From Amphiscolops sp. MND2022 (Eukaryota), in the NCBI GenBank assembly GCA_964187785.1, contig OZ076409.1, positions 61,506,001 to 61,570,000 on the forward strand: a stretch of DNA of 64,000 nt. The letters are read 5' to 3'. A program made the translations under genes and the position numbers. Of this stretch, positions 11,491 to 23,134 are shown one piece after another (positions within the stretch are counted from its first letter, which is position 1; each line of letters begins with the position of its first letter). The notes under the pieces are model-generated. The model saw only the letters and a program-made list of their open reading frames with translations, was not told the DNA's origin and ran no database searches.

Positions 11491-11784
11491 ATGGCTTTTA
11501 TGGGACTGTATATAAGCAAATGGTATTTCCCAAACTGGAATGAGTACGTTCGAGTAGTAAGAATCTTCTGCCTCTTTGACCGGGCACCCATGACGGTCGA
11601 AGTATCCACCGCAGCCCGTAGGCGGGGAGAAGTGGTAATACGCCCGGGAACAGAGGAGTGGAGGAGTCTGTTGGCGCTCCTCCGGGATTATCGAAGAACG
11701 GCGGGTAATCTAAATGCAACAGAGCGGGGGGCGCTCGAAGAACTCAAGGCTTATATGGGGAGTTTTTATAGGCTGACTCAGTAA
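11491..11784 (+). CDS. Small accessory ORF of element A (small-protein family shared with element B)
   Basis: 97 aa, GC-richer than flanks. KWYFP...VRIF...VEV...VIRPGTEEWRSLLALLRDY aligns by eye to 44362-44706 and 42357-42743. Confidence 0.55.
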   Translation: MAFMGLYISKWYFPNWNEYVRVVRIFCLFDRAPMTVEVSTAARRRGEVVIRPGTEEWRSLLALLRDYRRTAGNLNATERGALEELKAYMGSFYRLTQ

Positions 11785-12142
11785 AAAAAATAGTATTCGG
11801 TGTGGTATTTAACGATTTTTGTTATCCAGGTCTTTCAATTTTTTATGACTATTTTTTTAATAACCTACCACATCTATTCGTTTGAAGAGTTTATTTTAAT
11901 TGAGACTCTGGTGTTTTTATCTTCATATGTTGCTTAAACTGCCTATGTTATTGTTTTTTTATATTGGCGCTATACTCTTCAATGTAAACTGTACATATTA
12001 TCAACGATCGGTGATATTTCTTTATTCGGAAATCATTTTGACCAATGCCCAAACCCCCTTCTCCCCAAATTTATGTTCATGTTTAAACCATGCCCCACGA
12101 TTCAGCCAACGACGTTAAGTTTATGCGGGAGAATAAAAGTCC

Positions 12143-12154
12143 AGAAGGCAAGAA
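12143..12154 (+). promoter_or_regulatory. Polypurine tract of element A
   Basis: AGAAGGCAAGAA immediately before the 3' LTR. Confidence 0.55.
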
Positions 12155-14156
12155 TGTGGAAATTTTAGCTTTTGGCGTCCACGAAAGCCCATTGCTTTTG
12201 CGTGAAGTACATACGATAGGCAGAACTATGTTAATCACGTTTTAAAACCCCGGAATGGTGAAAACAGCTGAAAAGGCGAACTAGGCGTATTTCGTTAATG
12301 CTTTTGGTATACGAATAATAGAAAGAGTAAATTTGATTGTTTGAGCGAAGTAGAAATCGACGTCAACAACGAAACGATTCGAATTGACTAAGTCAGAGTT
12401 GATCACGGAGAGCGAATTTTGCTAAGTCCCACGTTTGGTGGATATTATTCTAAGATACACTAGAAAAAACCAATCGTCACAAACGGGGAAACCCCCCCCC
12501 AAACGGTGTTTCTCAAAGACTATTAATCGTAGAGACCTGAAGTTTGGCACACGTATACCTGAGCTGTTATGCCACTCGCCTATAAAAACGGAACCGAGCC
12601 GAGACCCCCCAGTCCCGGGCTATTAACACCGGAAGTGACCTAGGTCGACCCCCCTACGAACTCATCGGTCAAGCACGGAATAAGTCGTATAACATATGGA
12701 ATGGATAGCCCATATGATATTAAGCCGTTTGCGCATATTTTCGGAACCCTATTGCACGTGTAGGAGGAGCACGGACCCTATGTAAATAAACCCTGAATGT
12801 TATGTAAATAGCCACCAGTTGACCCGAAGATCATGAAACTTGCCTAAGATGTTCACCTAGTACCCCAAAGTAATATACATGAAATATACATTGATCGACC
12901 CACCACGCGCGGAGTAATGTTTGTTTAAGGCACGCGGGCCCGACCGACAATAGACATTTGACCGTGGCTTGTAATATCTCAAACGAACCGGAATGATCAA
13001 TGTAGTCGATTTTTAATGTGAGTGAAACCGTATTTACAACCCACGTGGGGGTAACCACCTTAAGTAAACAAACGATACGCATATCATGTAACTCAGGAAC
13101 CATTGACCCTAGGACGATATAACTTGGCATGTAGCGACATTAGATGAGGACTAATAACTTCAAGGTCATCGATGGACCTCAAGGTCATTTTAGATGCAAC
13201 CCCGGAAGATATAGGAAAACGTACATTAAAACATGTAAACCAGCGTCTGTAAGTGATAATTTATGCATTTCATTCAGGCGGAACGATTCGCGATGTATTG
13301 CACCTAGGATGATGGAAAAGTACCCCTTACGTGCGTAGAACATGTAAACCATGTAGTTGAAGGTCATTGAGCGATTTCTTCGATGTTAAAAATATCTCGG
13401 GAGACTTGAATTATTATTGAAATGTGAACTTTGTACAACCATTGTTGAATTACTTGTCGTTGGCGGCAAGGTATGTTTCGTCGAAGTATAATTAGACGCG
13501 TTCGTCATGCCATAAAAGGAATAGTAAACATGAAGGTAAACACACGCAATCTCAATTCGCCGACGCCCTGGATGTAACGAAAATGTCAAGTATGATAGAA
13601 AGTGGAGATGAAACCACCCAAAACACGCGCGACGAACAAATATAATTGAGGCGGAATTGCAATATACTTGAATAGACAGAACCGAGTTAGAAAGCTGGGA
13701 TCAAGTTGAGTCTCGCGGAGACAAGATACTTGTTCGGATTAACACTCGCGCTTCTCGACAACAGAGTTAGAGGTCTACCAGCAAGTTGAGCCGTGTGCGG
13801 GCAAGAAACTTGGCTAAGCTAAAGAACTCGTTCGTCGAAAGTTAGAGTCAGAAATTGAACAAGTCCGGGACTTGTGATTGCACCGTTGACTGAATCGTGG
13901 ATTTCAATCTCAACTAGTTGTTATATTGATTTGATGATTATTAAAGAGACTGTCTAGTTATCGCTATTAAAAGTAATTGGATTATTGAACATCTCTTTTT
14001 GTGATCAATTGAGTGGAGCCGAAGAGCATTGTTTGGAGAGAGAAATTGACAGTAACAACAAAAGAATCGGCTAACTCACTAAAACAACCTTTTTGTCTGT
14101 TAAGCTTCCGATCGGAGGTAAAACTCTCTCCAAGCCCTGAATTGGATTTTCTTACA
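12155..14156 (+). repeat. 3' LTR of element A (2002 bp)
   Basis: Direct repeat of 5553-7563, followed by TSD GCTTA. Confidence 0.92.
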
Positions 14157-14277
14157 GCTTATAATGATGAGCTTCTCGTCACCAACTCTTACAAGTTCAA
14201 ATTCAATATTGAACGTGTACATGCATATAGAAATAATTTTCTGACAAAAAATGAAAAAAAAATTCTAGAGAACTAAC

Positions 14278-14478
14278 CTCCATCAACTGGTGTTAAGAGT
14301 TTCACGAAATCCAACAATTTCGTCTCCGCCAAGTGAAGTTTCACCCAGCCCTCCAAGCTTTCTGAACAGTCCTTGAAAACTGCTTCTGGCAACGAAGTGT
14401 TGACGTTGTTGTCATTTATCAAAGCAACGTCTCCACAGGTCGTGTTGGATTCAATTTTGACAATTTCAACAGGTAGGC
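14278..14478 (-). CDS. Host gene exon: N-terminal half of an F-type lectin/discoidin-like domain
   Basis: 201 bp, phase 1/1, bounded by TTTCAG acceptor and GTTAG donor. Open translation (G)LPVEIVKIESNTTCGDVALINDNNVNTSLPEAVFKDCSESLEGWVKLHLAETKLLDFVKLLTPVDG joins in frame to both neighbouring exons. Confidence 0.7.
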
Positions 14479-15532
14479 CTGAAACATGGGGGTTGCAGTT
14501 CTATCACCGTTGATTTGCAATTGGCTCGAATCCACAATGGAATGACGGAAATGAGTTGAAATTGTCAAAGCTAACTTCAAATCACTGCAAAAAAAAGAGA
14601 CAGGGACGCTATCAAATGAAGGAAAACAGAAAATGAAAAAAAGTCGACTTTATTCGCTATTGAATTGTTGGGCTACAATGGGACTACAAAAACAACTAGT
14701 TGGAAATTTCAATCGACAAACAAAATCGACAAACAGAATAAGGCAAAGAAATCCTGCGCACGGTTTGGAACGCAGACCATATTTGGATCTATTCTTCAAC
14801 TTCTTTTACTGAGTTTCAACGCGAAACGAATTCATTCGGTATGTCATACAAAAACGCTGTCAACCCTGTACCACCTAATATGATCTTAGATGTTTCTATA
14901 TTTACTGACAACCTGAATTTGAATAGATATACGTAGAATTATTTGCGATAAACGTGACGTAGCCTAGATGACCAAATGATCTTTGAGTAAACCATCTCTT
15001 TTTAATACCAAGCTGGAATAGAAAATAGCGCAGTTCGCCAATATTAGTTATTCTTGAATACCGAACGAAACCTAATTTTACCAAAACAAAGACAGAGGGC
15101 ACCAGAAGTTGAACAAAAAACGAAATTTGAAAAATCCAAATAAACAAATTTTTACACCGGAGCAATGGCTAGTTAGATTCAAACAGTACACAAGAAGCCA
15201 ATAGAAAATGGATAACACAGAATTGATCACTGGAAACGACATGAAGCGAAAGTGTTGGGCCGAAAAAGAGTCGGATATCCACGGCGATTTCAATTGGGGG
15301 ATCGGTCCGGAGTCATTATATCCTATGACACGAGTAGAATAAGCAAGCCGGAAACGACCCAACGCTACTCAAGGTTCATTAAAACCAAGTTTTTTAAATA
15401 CGCAAAAAGACACTATTGTTAAAACTTCATCAATTTTACAGTGCCAAAAATGTCCCATGGAATACGAAAAAAAACACGAAAACCACTTTTTTCCGAAGTG
15501 GAAACAACAAAAACCCCATTTGGTTCCACCGA

Positions 15533-16204
15533 AGTAGTAGTGGAAATCCCGATACTGGCCAACAAAACGCCAAAAATTGAAAGTCCTCAAAACCATTGAT
15601 TTTAAGGACTTTTTAGAAGACAAATCATCAAAAACAGTGTTTTGCCATGAAGCAAAATTCACTAACCTCTATAGTTTAATGTCAACGTTGCAACCAGCGT
15701 TAATGCACAACCAGCGCTAATGCACAACCAGCGCTAATGCACAACCAGCGTTAATGTACAACCAGCTTTTTAGAAGACAAATCATCAAAAACAGTGTTTT
15801 GCCATGAAGCAAAATTCACTAACCTCTATAGTTTAATGTCAACGTTGCAACCAGCGTTAATGCACAACCAGCGTTAATGTACAACCAGCGTTAATGTACC
15901 GGCGCATACGTTATTCTTATATAACTACAACTAACACATCTTTGTCTCCCATAGCTTAGTGGTTATAGCATTGACTAAAGTTAAGGCTTCGGCCGGAGTG
16001 TTTGGGGTTCACTTCTATCCAACGTCCCCCAGTCTTTGTTACAACTTACATGCTATGGGAGAATAATCACCAATGGCACAGTTCTTAAAAAGGATAATCC
16101 CTGCTGTGGAAACTCTTAGTGCAACGGACTCCCGATGGGCTTTGAGTTTACCATAGGCATGTCAATACAAATAACAATGACATGCCTATGGGTTTTGTAT
16201 TTTT
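15533..16204 (+). repeat. Left TIR of Polinton (internal duplication with 157-bp period, and 17-bp CAACCAGCGTTAATGCA repeats)
   Basis: Reverse complement of 30076-30624 apart from the block starting at 15610, which is repeated at 15767. Confidence 0.9.
15944..16204 (+). ncRNA. Candidate Pol III-transcribed structured RNA in left TIR
   Basis: TATATAA at 15918; A-box TAGCTTAGTGG (15952-15962); weak B-box GGTTCACTTC; C(UUCG)G hairpin 15985-15994; 11-bp stem TCTCCCATAGC/GCTATGGGAGA; 14-bp hairpin, then the first T4-5 runs. Confidence 0.4.
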
Positions 16205-16224
16205 CAACTTTTTCATCTTAATAA

Positions 16225-17040
16225 GTGTATGAAACTCCGTCTCTTCATAAGTTTGGTTCTTCTAGTGAACAGCTAAAACTGAGGGAATATCAGGAGCTAA
16301 AAGATATGATAAAAAGTCAAGAAAAATTAGCCCAAATAACACATTCCAAATTGAAAGAAGATTTGCAACGCGATTTTGAAAATGACATAGAAAATCAAGT
16401 AGAAGAAAAAATGCTAGACGCGGTAGCTATCGCGAAGGCGCATCAAACACTAGACCCACAGGAAATTCAAGATGTTTTAATAAACACAAAGTTAATGAAT
16501 GATATTTATTCCCAGTTTTCAGACATTTCAAAAACCATAAATAAATTAGAACAAAAAATGAAAAAATCTTTCGCCGAACAAAGAACTGCTTTAGTAAATG
16601 AAGTACTAAATTTAATACACAACAATAGTTTTGAAATGTTAACAGTCCGTAATTTAGAGTTTATGAGTCAGGTGGGTCAAGCTGGAATGATTTTAAATGA
16701 AGATGAAGTAATTAATATTCTTAATAGCCTAGATCAAAATAAAATTACTATAACTAACAACATAATTCAACTGCTTTATGACAAAGGTTTGTTCGATTCC
16801 TTTCCCAATAAAGATCAAGCTTTTGCAAATTATCTAACTTTTAGTGAATCCTATTTAAAGGAAAAGTATGGAAAAACAATACCTACTTCAGATGGTGAAT
16901 ATTATCTGTCTGATTTAGAATTTTCTACCAGACAATCAATTCTGGAGTCATTGAAAAAAGACAATTTTAAAGACCTTGTTGATATGAAACACAGAATGAA
17001 ATTAACACCAACGGAAATAAATTTCATTTTATATGATTAA
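16225..17040 (+). CDS. Polinton hypothetical protein (helical/coiled-coil)
   Basis: 271-codon open frame with element-typical codon usage; no recognised domain; start uncertain. Confidence 0.6.
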   Translation: MYETPSLHKFGSSSEQLKLREYQELKDMIKSQEKLAQITHSKLKEDLQRDFENDIENQVEEKMLDAVAIAKAHQTLDPQEIQDVLINTKLMNDIYSQFSDISKTINKLEQKMKKSFAEQRTALVNEVLNLIHNNSFEMLTVRNLEFMSQVGQAGMILNEDEVINILNSLDQNKITITNNIIQLLYDKGLFDSFPNKDQAFANYLTFSESYLKEKYGKTIPTSDGEYYLSDLEFSTRQSILESLKKDNFKDLVDMKHRMKLTPTEINFILYD

Positions 17041-17043
17041 TAA

Positions 17044-17745
17044 TTGGAACAAAAACTCTATCCCTCCCTGACCCCAACGGCCTCTCCCCCCGCACCATAT
17101 GATGTAGAATCAATGATAAATAAGCGATTGCAAAGCGCGTTGCAAAACGAATTACAAAAAGTAAATAGCTTCAATAATTCTATTCAAAACATTAGTCTAA
17201 TGATGAAATATTATGAAATGGAAGAAAAGAAATACAAACAGAAATACAACAAATACAAGCTAATAAATAACCTAATTAACTCCCTCGATGGCATTATAGT
17301 GATTGGAACAACTTCAGCATCAATCTCACTAAGTATTACTGGTGTGGGTATTATAGCTGTTCCAATCGCTGCAGGATTTGGTTGTACAACTGGTATTCTT
17401 GTTAAGATTTGTTCCAGTTATTTGAAGAAAAAGGAGCAAAATTATAAACTTAAGTACACTATTATTCAGAAGACTCTTGACGACTTTAGACAACTTTATG
17501 TTACTAGCCTAAAAGATGATCATATAGATGAAAAAGAATATCACCGATTTGTGACTCAATTTGAAAATTATCAGGTAGCTTCACAGGAAATTCACACAAA
17601 ATCACCCACAGCTTCGCGCACAGCTTCGCATACAAAATCACAAGTAGCTTCACACGCGACAGCTAACGCGGCAGCTACCGCGACAGCTAACACAGCTTCA
17701 CACACACCACCAACAATACCACTTAAACCACACAATTTTTTATAA
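17044..17745 (+). CDS. Polinton membrane-associated protein (LYPSL N-terminus, coiled coil, hydrophobic hairpin; PW/'gasderminX'-like)
   Basis: Hydrophobic Gly-rich segment GIIVIGTTSASISLSITGVGIIAVPIAAGFGCTTGILV between charged helices; TTG rather than ATG start suggests decay. Confidence 0.55.
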   Translation: MEQKLYPSLTPTASPPAPYDVESMINKRLQSALQNELQKVNSFNNSIQNISLMMKYYEMEEKKYKQKYNKYKLINNLINSLDGIIVIGTTSASISLSITGVGIIAVPIAAGFGCTTGILVKICSSYLKKKEQNYKLKYTIIQKTLDDFRQLYVTSLKDDHIDEKEYHRFVTQFENYQVASQEIHTKSPTASRTASHTKSQVASHATANAAATATANTASHTPPTIPLKPHNFL

Positions 17746-17843
17746 TTAATTTATTCAATTTTAACATCAAAAATAAAATAAAAATTAACACCAATAATTG
17801 AAAAATATGCTGCTATTAAATTCATAATTTTATTATAAACAAA

Positions 17844-20800
17844 ATGGAGAACTGCAGTATTTGTAATTCTGATTATAAAAAAGCTTACAAGTCTGATCAT
17901 CCAAAATCAATAAAACATTTACAAAAATTAAATCAATATTATTGTAAAAAATGTAATACATTTATGCCATTGTCTGGCAAGTCTAATCATATAAATTCAG
18001 ATGAACATAAAAACAAAACCAAACAACAACGCGAAGCTACACAAAGTTGGTGTGAAGATTGTGGTAAATATATAAGTAATTCAAGACATTTCCAAAGTGA
18101 AATTCACACGTTCAGAAGTCAAAACAACGCTACAAAAAACACATTTGGTAATACACTACATGATTCTGGAACTAACGTAGAAATAATTGTGAATGAAAAA
18201 ACATACATTAAACTGAGAGTAAAACCAACAAATCATCTTGAAGAACAGATTAATGATTTACTAAAAAAATTACTTTCCCCGATACAAGTTCCAATTGAGT
18301 TATTTAGCTAAGTTTTCAAAAATAGTTAGTGGAGAAGAAATTGTATTTCACAAATGGGTTAAATCAGATTTTAATTACAATCACACGCAGATTGCCTTCG
18401 GCGCAAACCCAAATATTCACAACATATTAATGCAGAAATTAGATGATGAACAATTAGAAGGATCAGGTTTTGTGTTAAACGGTATTGTCAATATTAAATT
18501 AGAAATTTATAAAGTCAATGATATTCAAGCTTCTTCATGGGTTGAGTTGCCAGAAAAATATAAGAATAATAAATCAATTATAAATATAAAAAATGATGAT
18601 CAATTTTGCTTTTTGTGGTGCATCCTAGCACACCTTTTTCCCGTTGAGGATCATAAAAATAGAACATCAAATTATTCAATGCACACGAACAAACTCATTT
18701 TAAATGGTTTAGAATTCCCCATGAAAATTAAAGATATTCCCAAGTTCGAAAACTTAAATAATTTAAACGTAAATGTATTTGAACTCACAAAAACAGTTTT
18801 AACACCAATCCATACCAACACAAACTATGATCAACCACAAATAGATTTATTATTATATCAAAATCACTATTGCTTAATAACAAAATTGCATTGTCTAATA
18901 AATAAGGATTCGCACATGAAATGGGTGTGTAGAAGATGCCTAACTGCATTTAGTTCTGAGGATATTCTCAGTCAACACATTGACCGTTGTCAAAAACAAC
19001 AACCAACTAATATCACATTCAGTTGGAAGGATCACTTAAAGTTCGAAGATTATCATATGAAAGTTCCCATACCAATAAGAGTATATGCAGATTTCGAATG
19101 CATTAATCAACCCACAAATGACCACGAAGCTGTGGTAGCTATCGCGCCCAAAGTATTATTTAAACAAATTCCAATTGCAGTAGGATTTTATATAATTTCA
19201 CCATTTGGTAATAATTACAGCTCATACTTTGGTGAATCGTGTGTAACATGGTTTGTAAATGAAATGTTGACTCTAGAAACATTGCTAGTAACTATTTTGA
19301 AACAAATTTACCTCTTGAAATAACTCCTGAAGAACACCAATCATTTCAACAATCCAAAGTGTGTTGGCTTTGCGAACGAAAGTTAGACGGTGAGGATAAC
19401 GTTCGAGATCATGATCACCTTACAGGCAAGTACCGAGGAGCGGCCCACAACAAATGTAATTTAAATTGTAAAAAAAAAGGTCGAGTTCGTTTGTTCCTAT
19501 ATTTTTCCATAATTTCAGTGGTTATGATTGTCATTTAATTTTTGAAGAACTCTTAACATCAGCTTATAATCTAAAGTTACCAATAAATATTATACCAAAG
19601 TCAATGGAAAATTATGTAAGTGTGCAAGTAGGTTGTTTAAGGTTTTTAGATTCATACAGATTTTTGAGTAGTAGTCTACAAAAACTTATAACATCATTAA
19701 ATGATTTTCCTTATATGCAAAATGAGGGCCTAACTGATGATTTATTTAAGAAAAAACTAGCTTATCCATACGAAAAATTCAATCTTAACAACCTGCATGA
19801 ACCACTAAATCTAACAAAAGAGGACTATTGGTCAACATTAACACAATCTCACCCATGTGAGGATGATATAAAAAGAACCCAACAATTGATTGACACTTAC
19901 AACATTACAACAGCACAAGAACTAACAGAATTGTACTTAAAAATGGATGTACTACAACTCACTGACGTGTTCGAAAACATTGTTGAGAAGTCTACACTTG
20001 AATACGGCATCAATCCTTTGTACAGTTACTCTTTACCTGGTTATACATGGAAAGCTGGTTTAAAACTTACTAAAATTAAATTAGATTATATAAAATGTAA
20101 AGAATTATTATTACTTTTAGAAAACAATATACGTGGAGGAATTTCAAGTGTTATGGGACCCAGATTCATTGAGTCAAATGAAAATACTAAATTACTGTAC
20201 ATTGATGCAAATAACTTGTATGGATGGGCAATGAGTCAATACTTTCCTACTGGAGACTTTAAAAAGATGCGTAGCTTCGCGCAGAACTGTCACGAATCTG
20301 ATTCTGCACTGATGAATGAAATTACAGAAGACATTTTGAATACACCAGATGACAATGAATTTGGATACTTTATAGAATGTGATTTAGAATATCCAGCAGA
20401 AATTAAAGAAAAAACCGAAAACTTTCCACTTTGTCCTTATCAAACAAAAGCCGATCCAAATCTTTTCTCAGAATACATGAACGGTGTAAAACAATCCAAC
20501 TACAAACCAACCGAGAAACTTATGTGTGACCTAACAAATAAATATAATTATATGATGCACTACAGGATGTTCAAGATTTACACCCAGATCGGGATGAAAG
20601 TAACAAAGATTCACACAATCTACCGGTTCAAACAATCACTTTGGTTAGAAAAATACATTAATCATAACACACAAAAACGCACCAAAGCAAAAACAAACTT
20701 TGAGAAGGACCTCTACAAATTAATGAACAACGCTTTCTTTGGTAAGACTATGGAAAATGTTAGAGACCGGACTAATTTAGAGTTTATCCCTCACACCAAT

Positions 20801-21682
20801 GTTGATCAAATAATAAAAAGACAATCGAAGTTAAGCTTTAAAGGAATTAATAATCATTACTCCGAATTCAGTGTTTACAAGTTTGATAAGGAAAAAGTAA
20901 TTTTTGATAAACCAATATACTTGGGGTTTAGTGTTTTAGAACTGAGTAAATTGTTAATGTATGAGTTTTATTATCACAAATTACAACCATATTATAACAA
21001 TAAAATTAAACTGCATTACATGGATACAGACTCATTCATTCTAAGTATTAAAACTGGAGACCTTATAAATGATTTGGAATACTTCAAAGATGATTTTGAT
21101 TTCAGCGAGCTCGACCCAAGTCATGAGTTGTACAACTCAATCAACAAGAAAGTTATAGGTAAAATGAAAATAGAAACATCACCAATTATTGAATTAGACA
21201 ACTTCGTAGCTTTGAGATCTAAATCATATTCTTTTAGCTATGGAAGCACAGTTCAGAAAGCAACGCAAAAGCTAACACAAAAGTCAAAACAAAAAGGAAT
21301 ACAACATACACCAATTTATTCACAATTTATAAATTCATTATTTAACTCTGAAACAACAACTGCAACTAATTATTCTTTTAGAAGTAATGCTCACAACTTA
21401 ACTGTTCAGAAACAAGATAAGCTAGCTTTGAATCCTTTTGATGACAAGCGTATGTACTTGAATCCAATACAAAGTTTATCATGGGATAAACACACACAAA
21501 AAGGTGATTGTCCTTGTATACTTTGTATAAAATTAGTTGGCTTGTATTACACCGAACCGAGCACAAGGGATGGCAAGCCAATTCGGGATGAAGAAATATA
21601 CTATAACATTTGGACTCTGAAAGAAAAACTGAATCATCAACAGCTTTTAAATCTGATAAGTGATCGGGCCCATTTATTGTGA
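17844..21682 (+). pseudogene. polB: Protein-primed family B DNA polymerase (pPolB), frameshifted
   Basis: Three N-terminal C2H2 fingers; OTU-like DDQFCF...HY; exonuclease YADFE/HNFSGYD; EndoVII-like VRDHDHLTGKYRGAAHNKCN; polymerase motifs YIDANNLYG, KLMNNAFFGK, YMDTDS. Frameshifts near 18290, 19280 and 19475. Confidence 0.93.
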
Positions 21683-21849
21683 TAACTATCGTGACGCACA
21701 GCTTCGCGATAGCTTTTGCGATAGCTTTCACACACATCTTTTATAATTAGAAATATCATTTATTATCATCATTTATTATAATATTAGCATTATCATTTAT
21801 CATCATTTATAATTATTAATCTATGATTCATCATTCCTCTCATATCAAA

Positions 21850-23097
21850 TCAAATGAGGTCAAAATGCCTTTGCCCATCACTACTAATACTTATTAATTT
21901 TGGGGTTAATACAAGTGCATAAGCTATATAATCTGCTACATCAATGGCAGCATTAAATTTAAATTCTAAACGGATTGGTTGACTCGCAATGATATCCCTT
22001 TGTTTGCTGAGGTCAAATACATAAAAATTACAATTTGTTCTGAATTTGTTCAAATCAATAAATGGATTTAGTAAGTTAATTTCACTATTCTAGTGATAAA
22101 AGTTTTCAATTTCACTATATACTTGATCATATTTGTCGCGGTCGTAATCACATTCTATCCCATCATTGGGATATTTTTCTGATCCTATTTTACAAACAGC
22201 ATTACTAATTGGCAACCGGTCAAACACTGCATTATCATGAACCTGAGAATCAATTTTATTTCTAGCTTGAAATCCAACAATCACAAAAGTTGGACAGGTC
22301 TGCGCAGCTTCGCTGCCTGAGCTGCCTAATTCAAATGTCCAATTCGAATTCGTTTTAACATCTTTTCTAAAAATAATTCGTTCCGTGTAACTCAATTCGG
22401 TTGGATTTTTATTTAGAATTTGGTCCATGACAAGTTGTTGGTTTTCGATACTGGGAACATAGTGTGGGATATACCAACCAATGTCTTTAATAACCACTTT
22501 TGCAGCATCCACTCCAACACTTCTTAAAATGGCGTCATTGTTAGTGTTCCGTTTGAGAGTTAATGTGTAGCCCAAACCGTAAGTTATTTTTTCTTGATCA
22601 GCAAATCCAAACAAGTCTTTTAGTTTTATTCTCACAAAAAAGGTTCCTTTCTCATTTTTGTTGTTTGATAGTTCTTGTCTTCTTATAGTAGTATCTTCTT
22701 CAAACCCATATATTAATTGACTTGTGGATTTAGTGCTTGTTAGAAGTTTATACATTAAAGAAATCAAGTGCAAATTGTCAACTTTTTCTTGGTGTTTCCC
22801 ACTAGAAGTTGTTAATTTGGCTTCACTAAATAGAGATATTGGCCCAAAGTTAACCAATCCAATTTCATCACCGTTGGTGTATCTTGAGTCGTTGTTTTTA
22901 AGTACTTCAAATTCTAGACTTATGAAACTATTTTGTAAACATATGTATGCATCTTCTCTTGGGAAACTAATTGTAGTATTCGAGTTTGTATTGTTAATTG
23001 TCGCCAAACTACTTGGACTATACTTTATGAAATCAATTTTATGATTAGGTTTTTCAAGAGTGTATTTATTTTTTAAAGAAAACATATCTGTGTTCAT
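21850..23097 (-). pseudogene. Major capsid protein (double jelly-roll), one in-frame stop at 22090-22092
   Basis: ORFs 22090-23097 and 21850-22053 are in the same frame; beta-rich pattern with C-terminal FYVFDLS...IRLEFKF typical of Polinton MCP. Confidence 0.75.
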
Positions 23098-23134
23098 TTA
23101 TAATAAAAAAATTATTGTGAAACTACGTGGAACA

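Larger units (their letters stand above)
5553..14156 (+). mobile_element. Non-autonomous LTR retroelement A (no pol)
   Basis: Near-identical direct repeats 5553-7563 and 12155-14156 with TG...CA ends; 5-bp TSD GCTTA (5548-5552, 14157-14161); PBS and purine tract in the expected positions; no RT, RNase H or integrase motifs seen internally. Confidence 0.92.

Noticed and set aside
15944..16030. tRNA gene
   Set aside because: Has an A-box/D-arm-like start but no convincing anticodon arm, T-arm or acceptor stem; kept only as a Pol III RNA candidate.
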